From: Tubiluchus corallicola
Taxonomy: Eukaryota > Animalia > Priapulida
Direction: 5' to 3'
Length of the DNA stretch: 64,000 nt
Assembly: GCA_030141605.1 (NCBI GenBank)
Contig: JAQGDQ010000353.1
Location: 135,787-199,786, forward strand
Within the stretch, counting starts at the first letter, position 1; every line of letters starts with the position of its first letter. Positions 1 through 14,020 of this stretch are shown here, in pieces. The translations under genes and the position numbers were made by a program. Under the pieces are notes generated by a model. That model was not told where the DNA came from and ran no database searches. It saw nothing but the letters and a program-made list of their open reading frames with translations.

Positions 1-1518
1 ACCTGTGATAAATTCTTGAATAGAATAATGAATGGACTGTAGATTTTATTATTTTCTGCTACCTAGTTTTTGTATTAATCATTGTATTTATAGACAATAA
101 ACTATACTACTACCACTACTAAAAATTTTCAAGAACTTCGAATGGGAAATGTCGATATTATGATTGCCTATCTGAAATAGTTAATACGTCGAGGGTTCTT
201 TTATACGTTTGTTTGCTGTTAAGTCCTGCATTTTCTAATACAGGACTTTTCTGTTACGTAAGAATTACCTGTAAAGTGTTAAAAATTTGAAAGTCGAACT
301 TCAAAACTTCGAATAAGAAGTGTCGATATTATGTGACTGCCTATCTAAAATAGTTAATGCATCTTTCGTATTTTTGTATTTGTTTGCTGCTAAGTCATGA
401 ATTTTCTCATACAGGTTTTAGTTTCATTAATAACTATGCGAAGCTTTTTTATGCATTTTTACAGCATTCTTGCAGCCTCTTTTATGTTTCTTTAACCTCT
501 TTCACGTTTTTGCTGTGAATTTCTGTGGGTGGGCTGGCGTGACGCGAGTTTTGACCCTTTGCCTTCCGATATTATCATAGGCGGGAAGAATTAAAACTTT
601 AAAAGGGAAGTTTCCAGATAATATTAGAATCGTACGAAGTTCTAAGAATAATTTATCAAAACCAAGATTATTTCTCAAGTTTTGACATTAAACGAATTTC
701 TTTTAACGAAACTTTTAATAATTTTGCGCTTGATTTAAGTCAATGCAAGTTTGTTTACTGCTACTCTCTGACACTTTGCGGTTAGTTAAGGACTTGAGAT
801 TTTTTAGAAGTGATGCACAGGTTGATCACCTCTTTTACCAGGAATGGGACTGTATACCCCGGGGCGCAGTTATCTACTGCCATGCTTGCACCTCTGCGGC
901 CCCATATTCTCGGAGACGCCTTTTTGAATAACAATGTTTAAAGGTAGAATTATTCCCCGATTCAGGATGTGAGGTTCTGTACGTGAATACCATCCCGGGC
1001 TATTTGCGTGCATTCGACTGTGACTCGGCTGAGTGGCTGTCAGATTACGCGCTACTGTTTGGGTGAGGACGATGGAAAATTTGATAGGGGGTGGGTAGTT
1101 GGAGGAGCTCCTTTGGTGTCTTCTAAACGACGCATAGACGGGTTACTAGAGTTGTGTACGTTCAAAAATAGAAAGCAGCATCACTGGCCAAAATCACTGT
1201 AAGTGATCCATTTACCTGTGACTTTTTCACCTGGATTTGTTTCGTTCGAGAGAGACAAAAATTCGTGTTTTAGTTGTAATATCTGTAATATTGGTTGTAT
1301 TAGCTGTAATAATTGTGAAAAATTCGTGTTTCAGTTGTATTATCTTTCTGTGATTTTTTTCCAACGTCGCGCTTCTTCATTGTTTTAGCTGTTTTCTATT
1401 TACTATTTTTTAATTTTACCCTTTATTAATTTTTATATTAATTTAACCGTTAAAATTTTTTACTTTATCGTTATTGTAAATATACATGTAATCATATTGG
1501 TCGTAATGACAATAAAAA

Positions 1519-1777
1519 CACTACTACTGCTGCTGCTACTGCTACTACTGCTACTACTGCTGCTGCTGCTGCTACTACTTCTACTACTGCTGCTACTACT
1601 GCTACTACTGCTGCTGCTACTACTACTACTACTGCTGCTACTGCTGCTGCTGCTACTACTGCTGCTGCTGCTATTGCTGCTGCTGCTGCTACTGCAACAA
1701 CAACAGCAACAACAACAGATACTACAACAGCTACAACTACAGCTACAACTACAGCAACAACAGCTACTACTACTACT
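1519..1777. repeat. Compound trinucleotide microsatellite (CTA/CTG/CAA)
   Basis: Seen directly. Confidence 0.95.
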
Positions 1778-1826
1778 ATGAACGTTCGTGGACAATTAAG
1801 TTTTTGTGAAGGCAATGCAGGTATAC

Positions 1827-2076
1827 AAATCCAGGTAAAAATTACAGACAAAAAATTCACAGAAAGAAGGCACAGGAAAAAGGTACGGGAAAAAAGAAAT
1901 AACCTTGAGTCTAATTCTAAAACTGTACATTCTTGTTGCTATGTTCTTTCTTCTGTGGTTTTTTACCTGTGACTTTTTTACCTGTGATTTCCTTACCTGT
2001 GACTTTTTGACCTGTGATTTTTTGACCTGTGACTTTTTACCTATGACTTTTTTACTTGTGACTTTCGTCTGTATTT
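1827..2076. mobile_element. MITE with 15-bp subterminal repeats (TTTTTACCTGTGACT), MuDR-like
   Basis: Left end AAATCCAGGTAAAAATTACAG is inverted relative to the right-arm repeats; a related terminus is at 1211-1238. Confidence 0.55.
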
Positions 2077-2167
2077 GCAGCGTGATTTAAACGAAAAAAT
2101 TTCAGATAACCGCGCAAAAAGAAAGTGCCCAACCTTTCAATTCGGTTTTATACACGTACATTCAGGA

Positions 2168-2565
2168 CTGTGAGGGTGCGTGCGTGCATTGCGCATGTAT
2201 TTTTAAGTACAGGTTTACTGTGTGGATGTGTGATGGTGCGTGCGTGCATTGCGCATGTATTTTTAAGTACAGGTTTACTGTGTGGATGTGTGATGGTGTG
2301 TGCGTGCATTGCGCATGTATTTTTAAGTACAGGTTTACTGTGTGGATGTGTGATGGTGCGTGCGTGCATTGCGCATGTATTTTTACGTACAAGTTTACTG
2401 TGTGGATGTGTGAGGGTGCGTGCGTGCATTGTGCATGTATTTTTACGTATAAGTATACGGTCTGTGATGGTGCGTGCGTGCGTGAATTGCGCATGTATTT
2501 TTACGTATAAGTGTACGGTCTGTGAGGGCGCGTGCGTGCGTGCATTGCGCATGTATTTTTACATA
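2168..2565. repeat. 60-bp minisatellite, ~6.5 copies
   Basis: Unit GTGCGTGCGTGCATTGCGCATGTATTTTTAAGTACAGGTTTACTGTGTGGATGTGTGATG aligns column-wise in the 60-nt lines. Confidence 0.95.
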
Positions 2566-3028
2566 CAGGTATTCGCTTTTCATCACATGACTTTAATTTA
2601 CAGGTAAAAATGCTCGAGGTAATTACGATCACGTTAAAGTTATAGGTGAAGGTTAACCGGATTACACGAGATAATGCGAGAAGATTTAAACCGAATCACG
2701 TTTAAAGCGTACATAATAGCTTTACGATAAAAATATTTACAGCGCGCCCAATTTCCATAACCGATTTTGGAAAGTGAAATTTGCCCTGGGTCTTCCGCAA
2801 GCAGCAGTGCATTTTATTTGCATTTGAAAATTACTGTGGGAAGTGAATTGAAGATGTAATGGCCTTGTGTTTAACACGCTCTGCAGCACAAAAAATATGA
2901 ACTTACCATTTTGTTTAGCAAAATCTGTCTTGATATGAGCCGAGCTTTAATGTTAAATAATTTGCACATTCAGTTTACAATCTTTATTTAGAGCATAAAC
3001 GTTTAAAAAATGCTAAAGAAAGATCCGG

Positions 3029-3627
3029 TAAATTGCGCTGTACCAGTACTGTACTGCTCTAGTAATTTGAGCTGTACTAGTACTGTACCAGTACTGTACT
3101 GCTCTAGTAAATTGAGCTGTACGAGTACTGTACTGCTCTAGTAAATTGAGCTGTACCAGTACTGTACTGCTCTAGTAAATTGAGCTGTACTAGTACTGTA
3201 GTGCTCTAGTAAATTGAGCTGTACCAGTACTGTACTGCTCTAGTAAATTGAGCTGTACCAGTACTGTACTGCTCTAGTAAATTGAGCTGTACCAGTACTG
3301 TATTGCTCTAGTAAATTGAGCTGTACTAGTACTGTAGTGCTCTAGTAAATTGAGCTGTATTAGCACTGTACTGCTCTAGTAAATTGAGCTGTACTAGCGC
3401 TGTACTGCTCTAGTAAATTGAGCTGTACTAGTACTGTACTGCTCTAGTAAATTGAGCTGTACTAGTACTGTACTGCTCTTGTAAATTGAGCTGTACTAGT
3501 ACTGTGCTGCTCTAGTAAATTGAGCTGTACCAGTACTGTAGTGCTCTAGTAAATTGAGCTGTACCAGTACTGTAGTGCTCTAGTAAACTGAGCTGTACTA
3601 GTACTGTACTGCTCTAGTAAATTGAAC
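3029..3627. repeat. 34-bp minisatellite, ~17 copies
   Basis: Unit GTAAATTGAGCTGTACCAGTACTGTACTGCTCTA. Confidence 0.95.
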
Positions 3628-4414
3628 TGGAGCTACATTTTAATTTAAAGGAAGAATCAAACCTCGAACAACATTTATTATATTTTAATATACAATAAAT
3701 CACCACACAATATATGCGCATAGAATGCTTTGCTTAAAGAAATTTAAATGTTTCTTATCTCCCGCCAAACGAACGTCGCTGCCGGCATATTTGAAAAAAA
3801 TGACGTAAGCTGGTTTCTGCTGGGTAGTGTGAATGTTGTGAAGGCAAGTTGTGATGAAGGAGGTACGCGTTGAGAAGTTTGTACAGTTCACTCAGAAGTT
3901 CAGTTATTCTAGCGTTGTATTTATTTGTGTTTATGTAAAAATTAGTCATTTGATCAATTATGAGCAAGATTAAAGTGGTTAGACGCAGAGGATTATACCT
4001 TAAAATGTGTAAGTAGTATACATTAGTCGCGTAAATGTAATTAATTTACAGATTTTGTTGACTTTCAGATACACGTGTAAACTTGCGAGCACACAGTAGG
4101 TACCGGGTGGGTTACTTAGTTTATACAGTTCGCTCTATAAGTAAAAAAAAAGATTGCTGAAGCATTTGGCAGGATAACTGTTTATATTGCACGGTAACCA
4201 GATGACGCCATTTTTCACCAAAATGAGCGCGCCAAAGCGTGAAGTGATCGCGATTTTAAAATGAAATTATTAATTACACGAGGCGCTTATCACAATTTCA
4301 CTGCTAAAACTTTCTAAAACTTTTCTCAACTAAACTAAAAATAAGCTCAACTTTCCGAAAGACTTTTGCTTTTGCTTTAAAAAGCACAAGAAAAGGTCCT
4401 TCGTAAATAACGAT

Positions 4415-4950
4415 CAAAAATTCGTCTTGAAATTTTATGTCACCTACATGCTGTGTTATTGAATGCGTATTAGCAGTAAAGTTGTAAATATCTTGTAAAT
4501 TTAAACTCTCGTGACGAACGTTACATAGGCGCAACCATTTTAACAGTAAGACGTTTAAAACAAGTTTTTATAACATTGCTTAAGGTTCATTTAAAGTTCC
4601 CATAAAGTGCTTAGAAAATAATCAGAACATTCGTGGCACTCTCTTCGCTAACTAAGCGAAATTATAAATTGTCCGTAAGATTACTAATGTCTTGTCTTGT
4701 CAGTAAGATTACTAATGTCTTGTCTTGTCAGTAAGATTACTAATAATATTTTTGGTGAGCCACTGACGCATACTGAAATTGTGAAACAATGACGTATCTG
4801 CTATGTAAATGTCGCTAAAATATCACAAGTAAAAAAGTAAAAATATTCAAGATGCTTGCAGGCGAGTTAAAGGGTGGCTCTATCTGAGGTGGGCAGGGGG
4901 CATAATTTCACTAGCCTAGGGTCCCGTAAGGTCTTAATCCTGCCCAGGGC
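4415..4950. mobile_element. Interspersed hAT-like repeat; related pieces at ~10740-11080 and ~12215-12345
   Basis: Shared AAAATTCGTCTTGAAA...AGGCGCA.CCATTTT.ACAGTAA block and shared ..AGCCTAG..CCCG.AAGGTC end. Confidence 0.55.
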
Positions 4951-5629
4951 ACCACTAAAACAGTCTATTCAAAAGTTTTTTCGTATATTCTGTGTTTTCT
5001 GTGCAATGTGTGCTTTAACGTAACAGTAGACATTGGTGCTTAGTATTGTTTGCAGCTCAAACTCCCCCCCCCTTTTTCTTTAACTTTCTTAAACCAAGGG
5101 AGTGATTTTGAAAAAAGGAAGAGCTTGATTTTTTTGCAATATGACGAAGTAGACGTTGAGCTATCTGAGGGGTTCAAAGTTTAACCAGAAGAAAACAGAA
5201 ACGTGCTAATAGACGGAACAATGCCCGAGGCAAATGGAAACATCTGAAAGTAGCTGTTAAGAATTGTAAAATCAACATTACTTTCTCTGTTACTGGGCAA
5301 CTAAAATTACTGTCGTTGTAAAAGTATTTTAAATGGCGGTAGCGTAAGAATTCGTCGTCGTCATCATCAGCATCATCACATCATCATGATCATCATCGTC
5401 ATCGGCATCATCGTCATCAATATTTTCATTACTGTTGCCACTGATAATAACTGTGACAACTATAAAAAATCAAATTTATTTATTTCACTAGCAACACATA
5501 TACAGTACATTAACATACAACATGAAAAAAGAAACAGTATAGGTAAAAAACATTGATGAAGTCAAATTAACCAAATAAAAGAGTTGCTGTATGACACCTT
5601 GAAAGCTTGGCTTGTTAAGGTGGCACAAA

Positions 5630-6280
5630 GGAGTGAATGGAAGAATGGTTAGGGTTAGTAGACATGATGGAATGGAAAAAATAGTAAGATTAGAGATAGG
5701 AAGAAGGAAGGGAAGGGAGGATGAGTGAATGAAAGAATGGTTAGTTAGTAGACATGATGGAATGGAAAATAGTAAGATTAGGATAGGAAGAAGGAAGGAG
5801 GGAGGATGAGGAATGAAAGAATGGTTAGGGTTAGTAGATATGATGGAATGGAAAAATAGTAAGATTGGGATAGGAAGAAGGAAGGAGGGGAGGATGAGTG
5901 AATGAAAGAATGGTTAGGGTTAGTAGATATGATGGAATGGAAAAATAGTAAGATTGGGGATAGGAAGAAGGAAGGGAGGGGAGGATGAGTGAATGAAAGA
6001 ACGGTTATGGTTAGTAGATATGATGGAATGGAAAAATAGTAAGATTGGGGATAGGAAGAAGGAAGAGAGGAGAGAATAAGGAAGGGAGGGGAGGATGAGT
6101 GAATGAAAAAATGGTTACGGTTAGTAGACATGATGGAGTAGAAAAAATAGTAAGATTAGAGACAGGAAGAAGGAAGGGATGGGAGGGTGAGCGAATGAAA
6201 GAATGGTTAGGGTTAATAAACATGATGGAATGGAAAAAGTAGTAAGATTAGGGATAGGAAGAAGGAAGGGAGGGGAGGAA
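5630..6280. repeat. ~90-bp purine-rich tandem repeat, ~7 copies
   Basis: Unit AAGAATGGTTAGGGTTAGTAGACATGATGGAATGG...GGATGAGTGAATGA. Confidence 0.9.
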
Positions 6281-8365
6281 ACGACCGCACTGTATGTTTA
6301 AATTACATAGAGCTATATTACAATAGAATATTATAAATAATGGGAAGCCATACATTGCGACTGCATGAGACATGGAGGCATCAAGATTGTATTTCAAGCA
6401 TGAATCAAGAATGATCCTTTTCAAGTACTTATTGCAACTATAAATAGTTTTGTGTATTTTTGTTTGGGCACTTATTTCATTCCAGTTGTTGACGTTTTCG
6501 CGATTGATATTTGTATCGTCAAAAGTCATCAACATCGCCGTCTTCGTCACAATCTTTGTGTTGTTGCTGTCGTCGTCGCCGTCATTTCGTTTGAAAATTG
6601 TGTTCGAAAGTTAAAACAGTTTGATCTTATTTTCACTTCAAGTTAAACTAGGCAGTGGCTTGGCAGTCTTTTGGATTATGGCTAAACTGCAGTTTGGTTT
6701 GGCGTACCACTTTAAACAGTTCGTAATTGTCTGCTAATAAACCTTTCCGTACTTTCGTTGTGCGCACGCGCAGTTGCTGTAAGTCAAAGGTTAAGTGTAC
6801 CACAGCAACGCGTCTTAACTACATTCGTCATGTGACATGTGGGAACGCAAATTATTAGTTCAGTACTTCAGTTGTTTTACATGGACTTTACTTAATTATG
6901 CATTAGTCTGTGTGTAGAGTGATTTACTAGCAGGATCTTGCTTGGGAACACGAAAAAAATGAACTAGGTAAGGTTGTAGCGAGCTGTTAAAACTTTTATT
7001 ACAATAGCATGGGCTGCGAGGCGTTGTCAAGTGTACACAAATGCGTTGTCTGGTACAGTTAACCTTTGATCTTTTCACGATCATCATCAATCGCTGGAAC
7101 TGTGAAAAGGCTAATTAATTTAGACAAATGGTATCGGATCAGACAGATGCTCAGAACTCGTCCATGTACGCCCTGCCTACACAATATAATGCACAGATGG
7201 TTGTTTATGATTTTGCGAGACGTTTATCAGTTAAGAAGCTGAAACGTACACAGCATAATACGTAATCCTTGCGTCCGGCTCACGTCTACAGGCACTTTGT
7301 ACTAAGCCGACCAAGCTTGCTTGTATGTAAACTAAGCATGGCTTTTTGTATACATTAATTAAAGGATAATGCTACAAAAATGGCGATTCAGCAATATTTG
7401 TCACTTATAATAGATAATTTATTTCGCAAAAGGGCAAATATTACATTTTACACATTTGCATTCTTAAATTAGTTCATCTTTACGAAATTTAATATAATAT
7501 TATATTGATTAGTAATTAACATTTATTACTAGTGTCTGTGTACAAATAGAGAAAGTCAAATAATATAACATTTAGTTGATTAACAGATTTAGCAACATTT
7601 CTTTTACTTTATCATCACAAAAACTCCTGTATTGTGCATCCCAGAGGAAGTGCCCAGAAGAATTCACAGAACAAAAAATCAATTTCATTAAAACTAGCAA
7701 CACTCCTAAACCAACATTTAACTATATTTTACTAGTTTATATCATTACCTTGAAATCTTCTTCAATTAGAATTCTTCTTTATCAAATCTGTGTAGTAGTT
7801 TAACAAGCAGACTTTTATTAGTATTAAGTCTGTATTATTACTAACACTTTGTTACATGTTTGTTGTATAAACAAATAAAAATTGAATTGAATTGAATTCA
7901 TATCAGTTGTAACAGCAGTATTTAAAAACTTCGGAAGCATTTTATACATAACCTACATGCCTTATATTGTATGTACGTAATGTATAAATTTTCTCTGTAG
8001 CAGTTTGCTGTAGACTGAATCCTAATTACAATGCTGACGGTAGTCATTCGTGCTTTTACTCTGAACGGATGGGACGCCATTGTGTTTTTTCTTATTTTTG
8101 AGATAGAATGCGAGATAGTGAGATGAAAGATGAAACATTTAAAGTGAACGTAATTGCTGTTTAATTTACTTTGTCAGGAAATGTTTGTCTTTCAATGTGA
8201 CCTTTATTCCCATTAGATTGTCCTTTAAATCAACATAGGCTATCAAAACGTTTCTACTTATAATGTATAAAAGTTGCTGTTAGCTGCTTTTATTAATTTC
8301 ATTAGCTTAAATTATTTTGCTTGTGTATTTTGGTTCCTGGACTCGGGCCGTAGTCGCCATTTACG

Positions 8366-8540
8366 TTGTTTCTGTTGTTGTTATTGTTGTCACCGTCGTC
8401 GTCGTTGTCGTTGTTGTTGTTGTCACTGCTGTTGTCGTCGTCGTTGTTACTGCTGCTGTTGCTACTACTGTTATTGATGTTGTTATTATTCCTGTTGTTG
8501 TTGCTGCTGCTGTTGTCATTGTCGTTGTTGTCGTAGTTAT
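8366..8540. repeat. (GTT/GTC/GCT)n microsatellite
   Basis: Seen directly. Confidence 0.9.
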
Positions 8541-9089
8541 TTTCGTGGAATTATATACTGAGATGGTGGTGTTGGCGATGTTGGTGTTGGCGTAATGTCC
8601 TGTCAACTTTGTCTTGCCATGTCTAGTGTCTGAGCCTAAAAGATGTTTTGAATTCTGAATTAATACAATATAATGGTAATGAAAATTTTAATTATTTGCA
8701 ATACACGGTACATTGTTATCATTTTTACTATCTTCAAGTTAATTTTACGTCACAATGATTCATTTAACTCTGCCGTGCCCCCGGGGATCTAGAAACGAAC
8801 CATCCTAACTACCTTTCCATCGTTTGTCTGAATGACTGTCAGTTTTGGCTGCGGCTTGAATACACAAGGCATTATTATTTTCTCATTCGATAACTAATAC
8901 CCATTGGTATGACCACCATAAATTCTGTATGTAGTAAATACCTGCCTCTAATTAGCTGAGTACACATTAGCACACACCTGTAATCACGGAAGCACAAACA
9001 CCTGAAATGCAGCAAACAGACCGATGGCCGTAGAGCAAAGAGTTAAGTCTTCTTCCTGTTTTCTCTCTCACTCTCTCGATGCTTTCATA

Positions 9090-9104
9090 ACAATAATAAA
9101 AATG

Positions 9105-9183
<79 letters not shown>
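9090..9183. repeat. (AAT)n microsatellite
   Basis: Seen directly. Confidence 0.95.
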
Positions 9184-9184
<1 letters not shown>

Positions 9185-9472
9185 TGTGCTTTGATGATAA
9201 ATATTTTTCAGTAGTCTAAAGTGAGAATTAACCTATTCCAGGCGTATTTCCATTTTTACGAATCTCAAACTTGGAAATTTAACAATCGCAATGTTGAAAA
9301 TATTAACACAGCTCTGAATATTTGGAATCTACCGTTACCGTAGTCATCACTATTTGTTACACAATACTAATCATCCTAGTTTGGTATTTCATAAACGTTT
9401 TGTAAACATGTATGTAAAAGGTTTGTGTAGCAATAATTCCCTATCAGCTTCTTTGCTCGTAATGCTAACTTC

Positions 9473-9620
9473 TCTGTTTGTTTCGTTCCAGGATTTTATG
9501 CATAGTTTGTTAAAAACTTGTATAACCGTTCTGTTTCGTTCCAGGATTTAATGTACAGTTTATTAAACACTTGTATATCCATTCTGTTTCGTTCCAGGAT
9601 TTAATGTACAGTTTGTTAAT
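9473..9620. repeat. ~53-bp tandem repeat, ~2.7 copies
   Basis: TTTCGTTCCAGGATTT recurs three times. Confidence 0.8.
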
Positions 9621-12600
9621 TACTTTTACAACTACTCTACATTTGATTCTATACTGAAATTTGAAGAGAGTTTTAAAAGATATCAGTAAATGCGAATATA
9701 GCCTTGGTGATAATAAAACGAAGTACTGTACATTTTTGTTAGATATTTTATATGATCGTGAAAATGACACCTTCGATTTTTTAAGTACTGTAGAACTGTA
9801 CGATATACTTGACTATATAACTACTGTTTGATTTTTATGTACAACTACTGTTATATATAACTACTATTTGATTTTTATATAACTACTGTTATGCTTCTGT
9901 TGTGTGAGTTTGGTATAACAATGCTAATTCTGTAGTCTTTTTCTACTAATTCACTAACGTGATTGTGCTGTTTGGAAAACAGATACGAATTAATGGTAAA
10001 TAAATAATAATAGTAATTATTATTATTATGAGTTTATTTCGCATAAAAATATACAGCTTACAAAGACAACAGGGGATGTGAGTAAAGTAACGTATCTATA
10101 GAAAATCAACTTTTCTAATATCTACTCATTTTAGCACTCTTGTTTGTTGCAAGAATCTTTAACAAGTAACATATCTACAGAAATTTAACTTTGTAATATC
10201 CACTCATTTCAGTACATTTGTAATTATATTACATTATACAGTGTTGTAAGGAGCTATAATAGGTATCTTAAAACATAATCTTTAAATGAGTTCTTAACCT
10301 TTAACTTTATATTTTCGTTTAGATCTACAGTACAACCATATTTTTACACTTATAAGATTCTTAAGTTTGTCTATCTAAGTTAGTTATTCAACTGAAGTAG
10401 TTACTCATCTGGGAGGTAATAATTACAAATGCGAATATGAAAGCATAAAGCCAGTCATTGTCATATTGCACGTAAAGGTACTGCCCCTTTATGTAACTAA
10501 CAATTTCATTTTCCATAAATTGTGATGTTTGCTGTTATTATAAACATTCTTCGTATAAGTTGTGATAGATGTAAAACCATCAAAACTTAATTATGATTAT
10601 CTGTTTACTTTGTTTATATTCTGGATATCTGTATCAGTGGGGGGTGGGGGGTGGTAAAGTTACCCTCTTTAAGAAGTTATGGCCCTAGGCCTAGGCGTAG
10701 CTTATTAAAGCAAAAGAAAACACCTTTGACAAATAAAGGTTAAAATTCGTCTTGAAAGTTTACACCATCTACACTCTGTCTTATTGCATACAGGGCTTGT
10801 GTTAGCAGTAGCGTTGCGTAAAACTTAAATTTAAACTCTTGCGATGACCGTTAGGCGCAGCCATTTTGACAGTAACTCGTTGGAAACAAGTTTAGATAAC
10901 ATTGTGTTAAAAAGGTTTAAAAATTAGTCATTACATTCCTGTCACACTCTTTACCCACTAAACAAAAGTATAAAATATTTTATTCTATCAGTAAGATGAA
11001 CAATGTGTTCTTTGGTGAGCCAGAAGTGCACACTGGGATGGCGACACAGTGCTGTTTTACTAAGTGACGCGAATATTTTAAAATATTAAGAGTTTTCTTT
11101 TCCAATTACGTAAGTATTTCAAACAGCGTAACCCTAAGTGACATAACTTTGTATGGAAAGTTTTGAGACGAACTTTAAATTTCTCTTTTCTTTCCCTTTA
11201 AAGAGATTTTTATCTGATACGGTTATAAAAAGCGTTTTAGTTTGATTAAAATGAAATCTTTTCAACTTTCTAAACTTGCATAGATGTGAGTAATAAAGAT
11301 AGTAATTGATATATTGTCTAATATAATAACAAACTCGCTGTATAAGTCATAACCAAAGTGCTAAGTAATTATTTTCAAATCTGTATTAATTTATTTCACT
11401 ACATTTATTATTTATATATGTCTGGCTTAATAATATTACCAGTAATTTTTGATATAAAGTACAAAAGCTAATTAATTCAATTATCTGTGTGGTGGCTTAA
11501 AGGTTGTGTAAATGAAGCAAAAACTAATTTATATTTGTGGTTTATACGTTATACACCAAATGCCTACTTTAGTGTAACCGAGATTTGGATAACTGAACTG
11601 AAATTTACTCGACAAATCGCCTTTGTCCAAATTTGACCATACAGCACAAAATTCTCATTGTCCAGCGAAGTTTAAACCTTGAAGTCATGAATGCTTGATG
11701 GTCAGATGTATTTGTGCATTCAACCACATGAAGGCTAAACTATTGAAAAGATCGGATGACCAATGGACACTACAGCACGGCAGTATACGAAACTGACCAC
11801 ATATCTGCACTTTAGTTTTCTCAAATCATTATTAGTACATTATGGTTAATTATACATTTTTACAACTCCTATGTGAAGGATAATTGCTATTTAACGAGAT
11901 ATGTGTCACTAGAGTATTTGCGATAGCTATTTATTCGTGATTTTTTTAATTAAATATAAAATTAGTAGGCCTATTGACAGGGCTGGTCTCTTGAGCTTGG
12001 GAAGAGGTCTCAAACTTTGATAATATTCGATAGAAAATTGTTTTTTTTCACTACGATTGTGTTGAAATATGCGTTAATTTATTTTGCTATAAATAGTGAA
12101 ATAGAGGTATTTCTTAAAGAACAGTTTCATTGACAAATAAAAGATGGCTATTTTAGTTTATTTAAAGAATTCGCAATAAGTTTACGTTAAAGCTTTGTAA
12201 ACTTGTAAGCTGCGAAAACGTCGCTAAAATATATAGTAACGAGTAAAAAATGTTTAAGACGGGTGCGGGCAAGAGGGCGTCTTTGTCCGAGGGGCCCCCA
12301 TAATATCATTAGCCTAGAAGCCCGAAAGGTCACAGCCCGGCAGTGTATAGTGAATATTTTACATAGGCGTTTTTGCGTTCACGGAGTATTTTATACTTTT
12401 GTAGGTTCTGCAAACTAACTTTGGGTTGTTGATAGTAAAATTGAAAGTGGAAACTGAGAAACAATAATTATTCATGCTTGATTCACAAACTAAAGGCGTT
12501 TATAAGTGAATCAATGATAAGCTATTACTACTGTAGGATACCATGTACAGTAGATTTCCATGTACAGTAGACTTCCATGTACAGTAGAGTGTACGATCAT

Positions 12601-12624
12601 TTCAATTACATACTACGTAGCTGA

Positions 12625-12626
<2 letters not shown>

Positions 12627-12657
<31 letters not shown>

Positions 12658-13200
12658 TATAGATATATATATATATATATATAATCTTTATTTGCCATAA
12701 AAAAATCGATATTCATAACTATAAAAGCATAAAAGAACATCGCAGCATGAGAATAAAAATTCACACAACTGTTAAAGGCAAATGCGTCCATTGCAAACTA
12801 AAAACGATTGTGCCAAAAATTTAAAACAAAAATATACATTATAATATTACACAGAAATTATAATAGACTATATACAATATACACATATAATTTAAAACGG
12901 ACGCGGGTAAATAAAATTTGTGGATGAATGTATATATTATCGTTTACGTATGTTGAATTTTCAAAACGATTTAATGTATGTGTTTTTAATTTTGATTTGA
13001 ATTCGTCGAAAGACTTGATTTGTTTTAAATTTGATGGCAGGGCATTCCAGAGTTGAACTCCTTGTTTAGTGATAGAATTGTTGCCGTATTTATTATTAGT
13101 AGTAGTAGTATTTGTTATTAGTGCGTGTTTGTTTAATATTGTGTGTTCTTGGATTTAATGTTGGCTCCAAGAGGAGTGGAAGCTGATTTTTGATGAAGGA
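12627..13200 (-). mobile_element. Second, inverted copy of the same CR1/L2 3' fragment with (TA)n tail
   Basis: Reverse complement aligns by eye to ~18485-18990. Confidence 0.8.
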
Positions 13201-13662
13201 CGAAAAGGTGATGGTGACAATTCTCGCTTATTATTCGCTTTGATCTGATGAGCGATCTTTTGACGTACTTGTCCGGTTCTGATCCGGATATGTCGGCGTC
13301 CGGTTTTTACTGCACTGGTTAGTAATACATTCTGGTTTTTGGTTGCAAGGTTAGACGGAGGTGTTTCCCAACCTCCTGCCCCCGTTCTGAAACCGCTCCG
13401 ACCTGTTGTACCACCTCCAATAACCAGTTTCTCTTTCTGTGTAACGAGTTTCTTCAACAAATTTCCACCACCTGCTCTTAGAGGGAATTCCCCCCAAATG
13501 TTATTATCTGGGTCTGGGCCGGTTTGTTGTTGTCGTTGCCCTGTTTGGGTTATTGGGTATTATAAGTGGTTTAAATGCCTTTTGACTTCCTCATCATCAG
13601 GTCGACTTCCCTGTTGGCACCTGTGAGGGTTCGCGAAGAAAAGTTTTCTGCCAAATTGCAGA

Positions 13663-13748
13663 AAATAATAATAATAACAATAATAATAATAATAGTAATG
13701 ATATTAATAATAATAATAGTAATAATAATAGTAGTAGTAGTAGTACTA

Positions 13749-13791
<43 letters not shown>

Positions 13792-13869
13792 TAATAATAA
13801 TAATAGTAGTAGTAGTAGTAGTAATAATAATAATAATAATAACAATAATAGTAATAATAGTAGTAGTAG

Positions 13870-13901
<32 letters not shown>

Positions 13902-14020
13902 ATAATAGTAATAATAGTAGTAGTAGTAGTAATAATAATAATATAAATAATAATAATAATCATGATGATGATGATGATGATGATGATAACAACAACGACT
14001 ACGATAACAACGACAGCAAC
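13663..14020. repeat. (AAT/AGT/GAT/AAC)n compound microsatellite
   Basis: Seen directly. Confidence 0.95.

Noticed and set aside
743-1202. Short ORFs in a GC-richer stretch near the window start
   Set aside because: No recognisable domain; probably the decayed interior of a transposon ending near 1238.
1460-1860. Poly-S/V/L/Q ORFs (also at 8.3, 13.6, 19.7-21, 25, 37.4, 49.5 and 52.1 kb)
   Set aside because: Artefacts of microsatellites that lack stop codons.
2125-2607. Repetitive Cys/His-rich ORFs on both strands
   Set aside because: Translations of the 60-bp minisatellite, with no splice or domain support.
3029-3627. CRISPR-like 34-bp repeats
   Set aside because: No spacers; a plain minisatellite.
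8764-9046. TTAA-flanked piggyBac-like MITE
   Set aside because: Only a 4-bp terminal match (CTCT/AGAG); could be chance.
13240-13610. Hammerhead ribozyme cores (CTGATGA near 13245 on + and 13595 on -)
   Set aside because: No correctly placed GAAA and stems.
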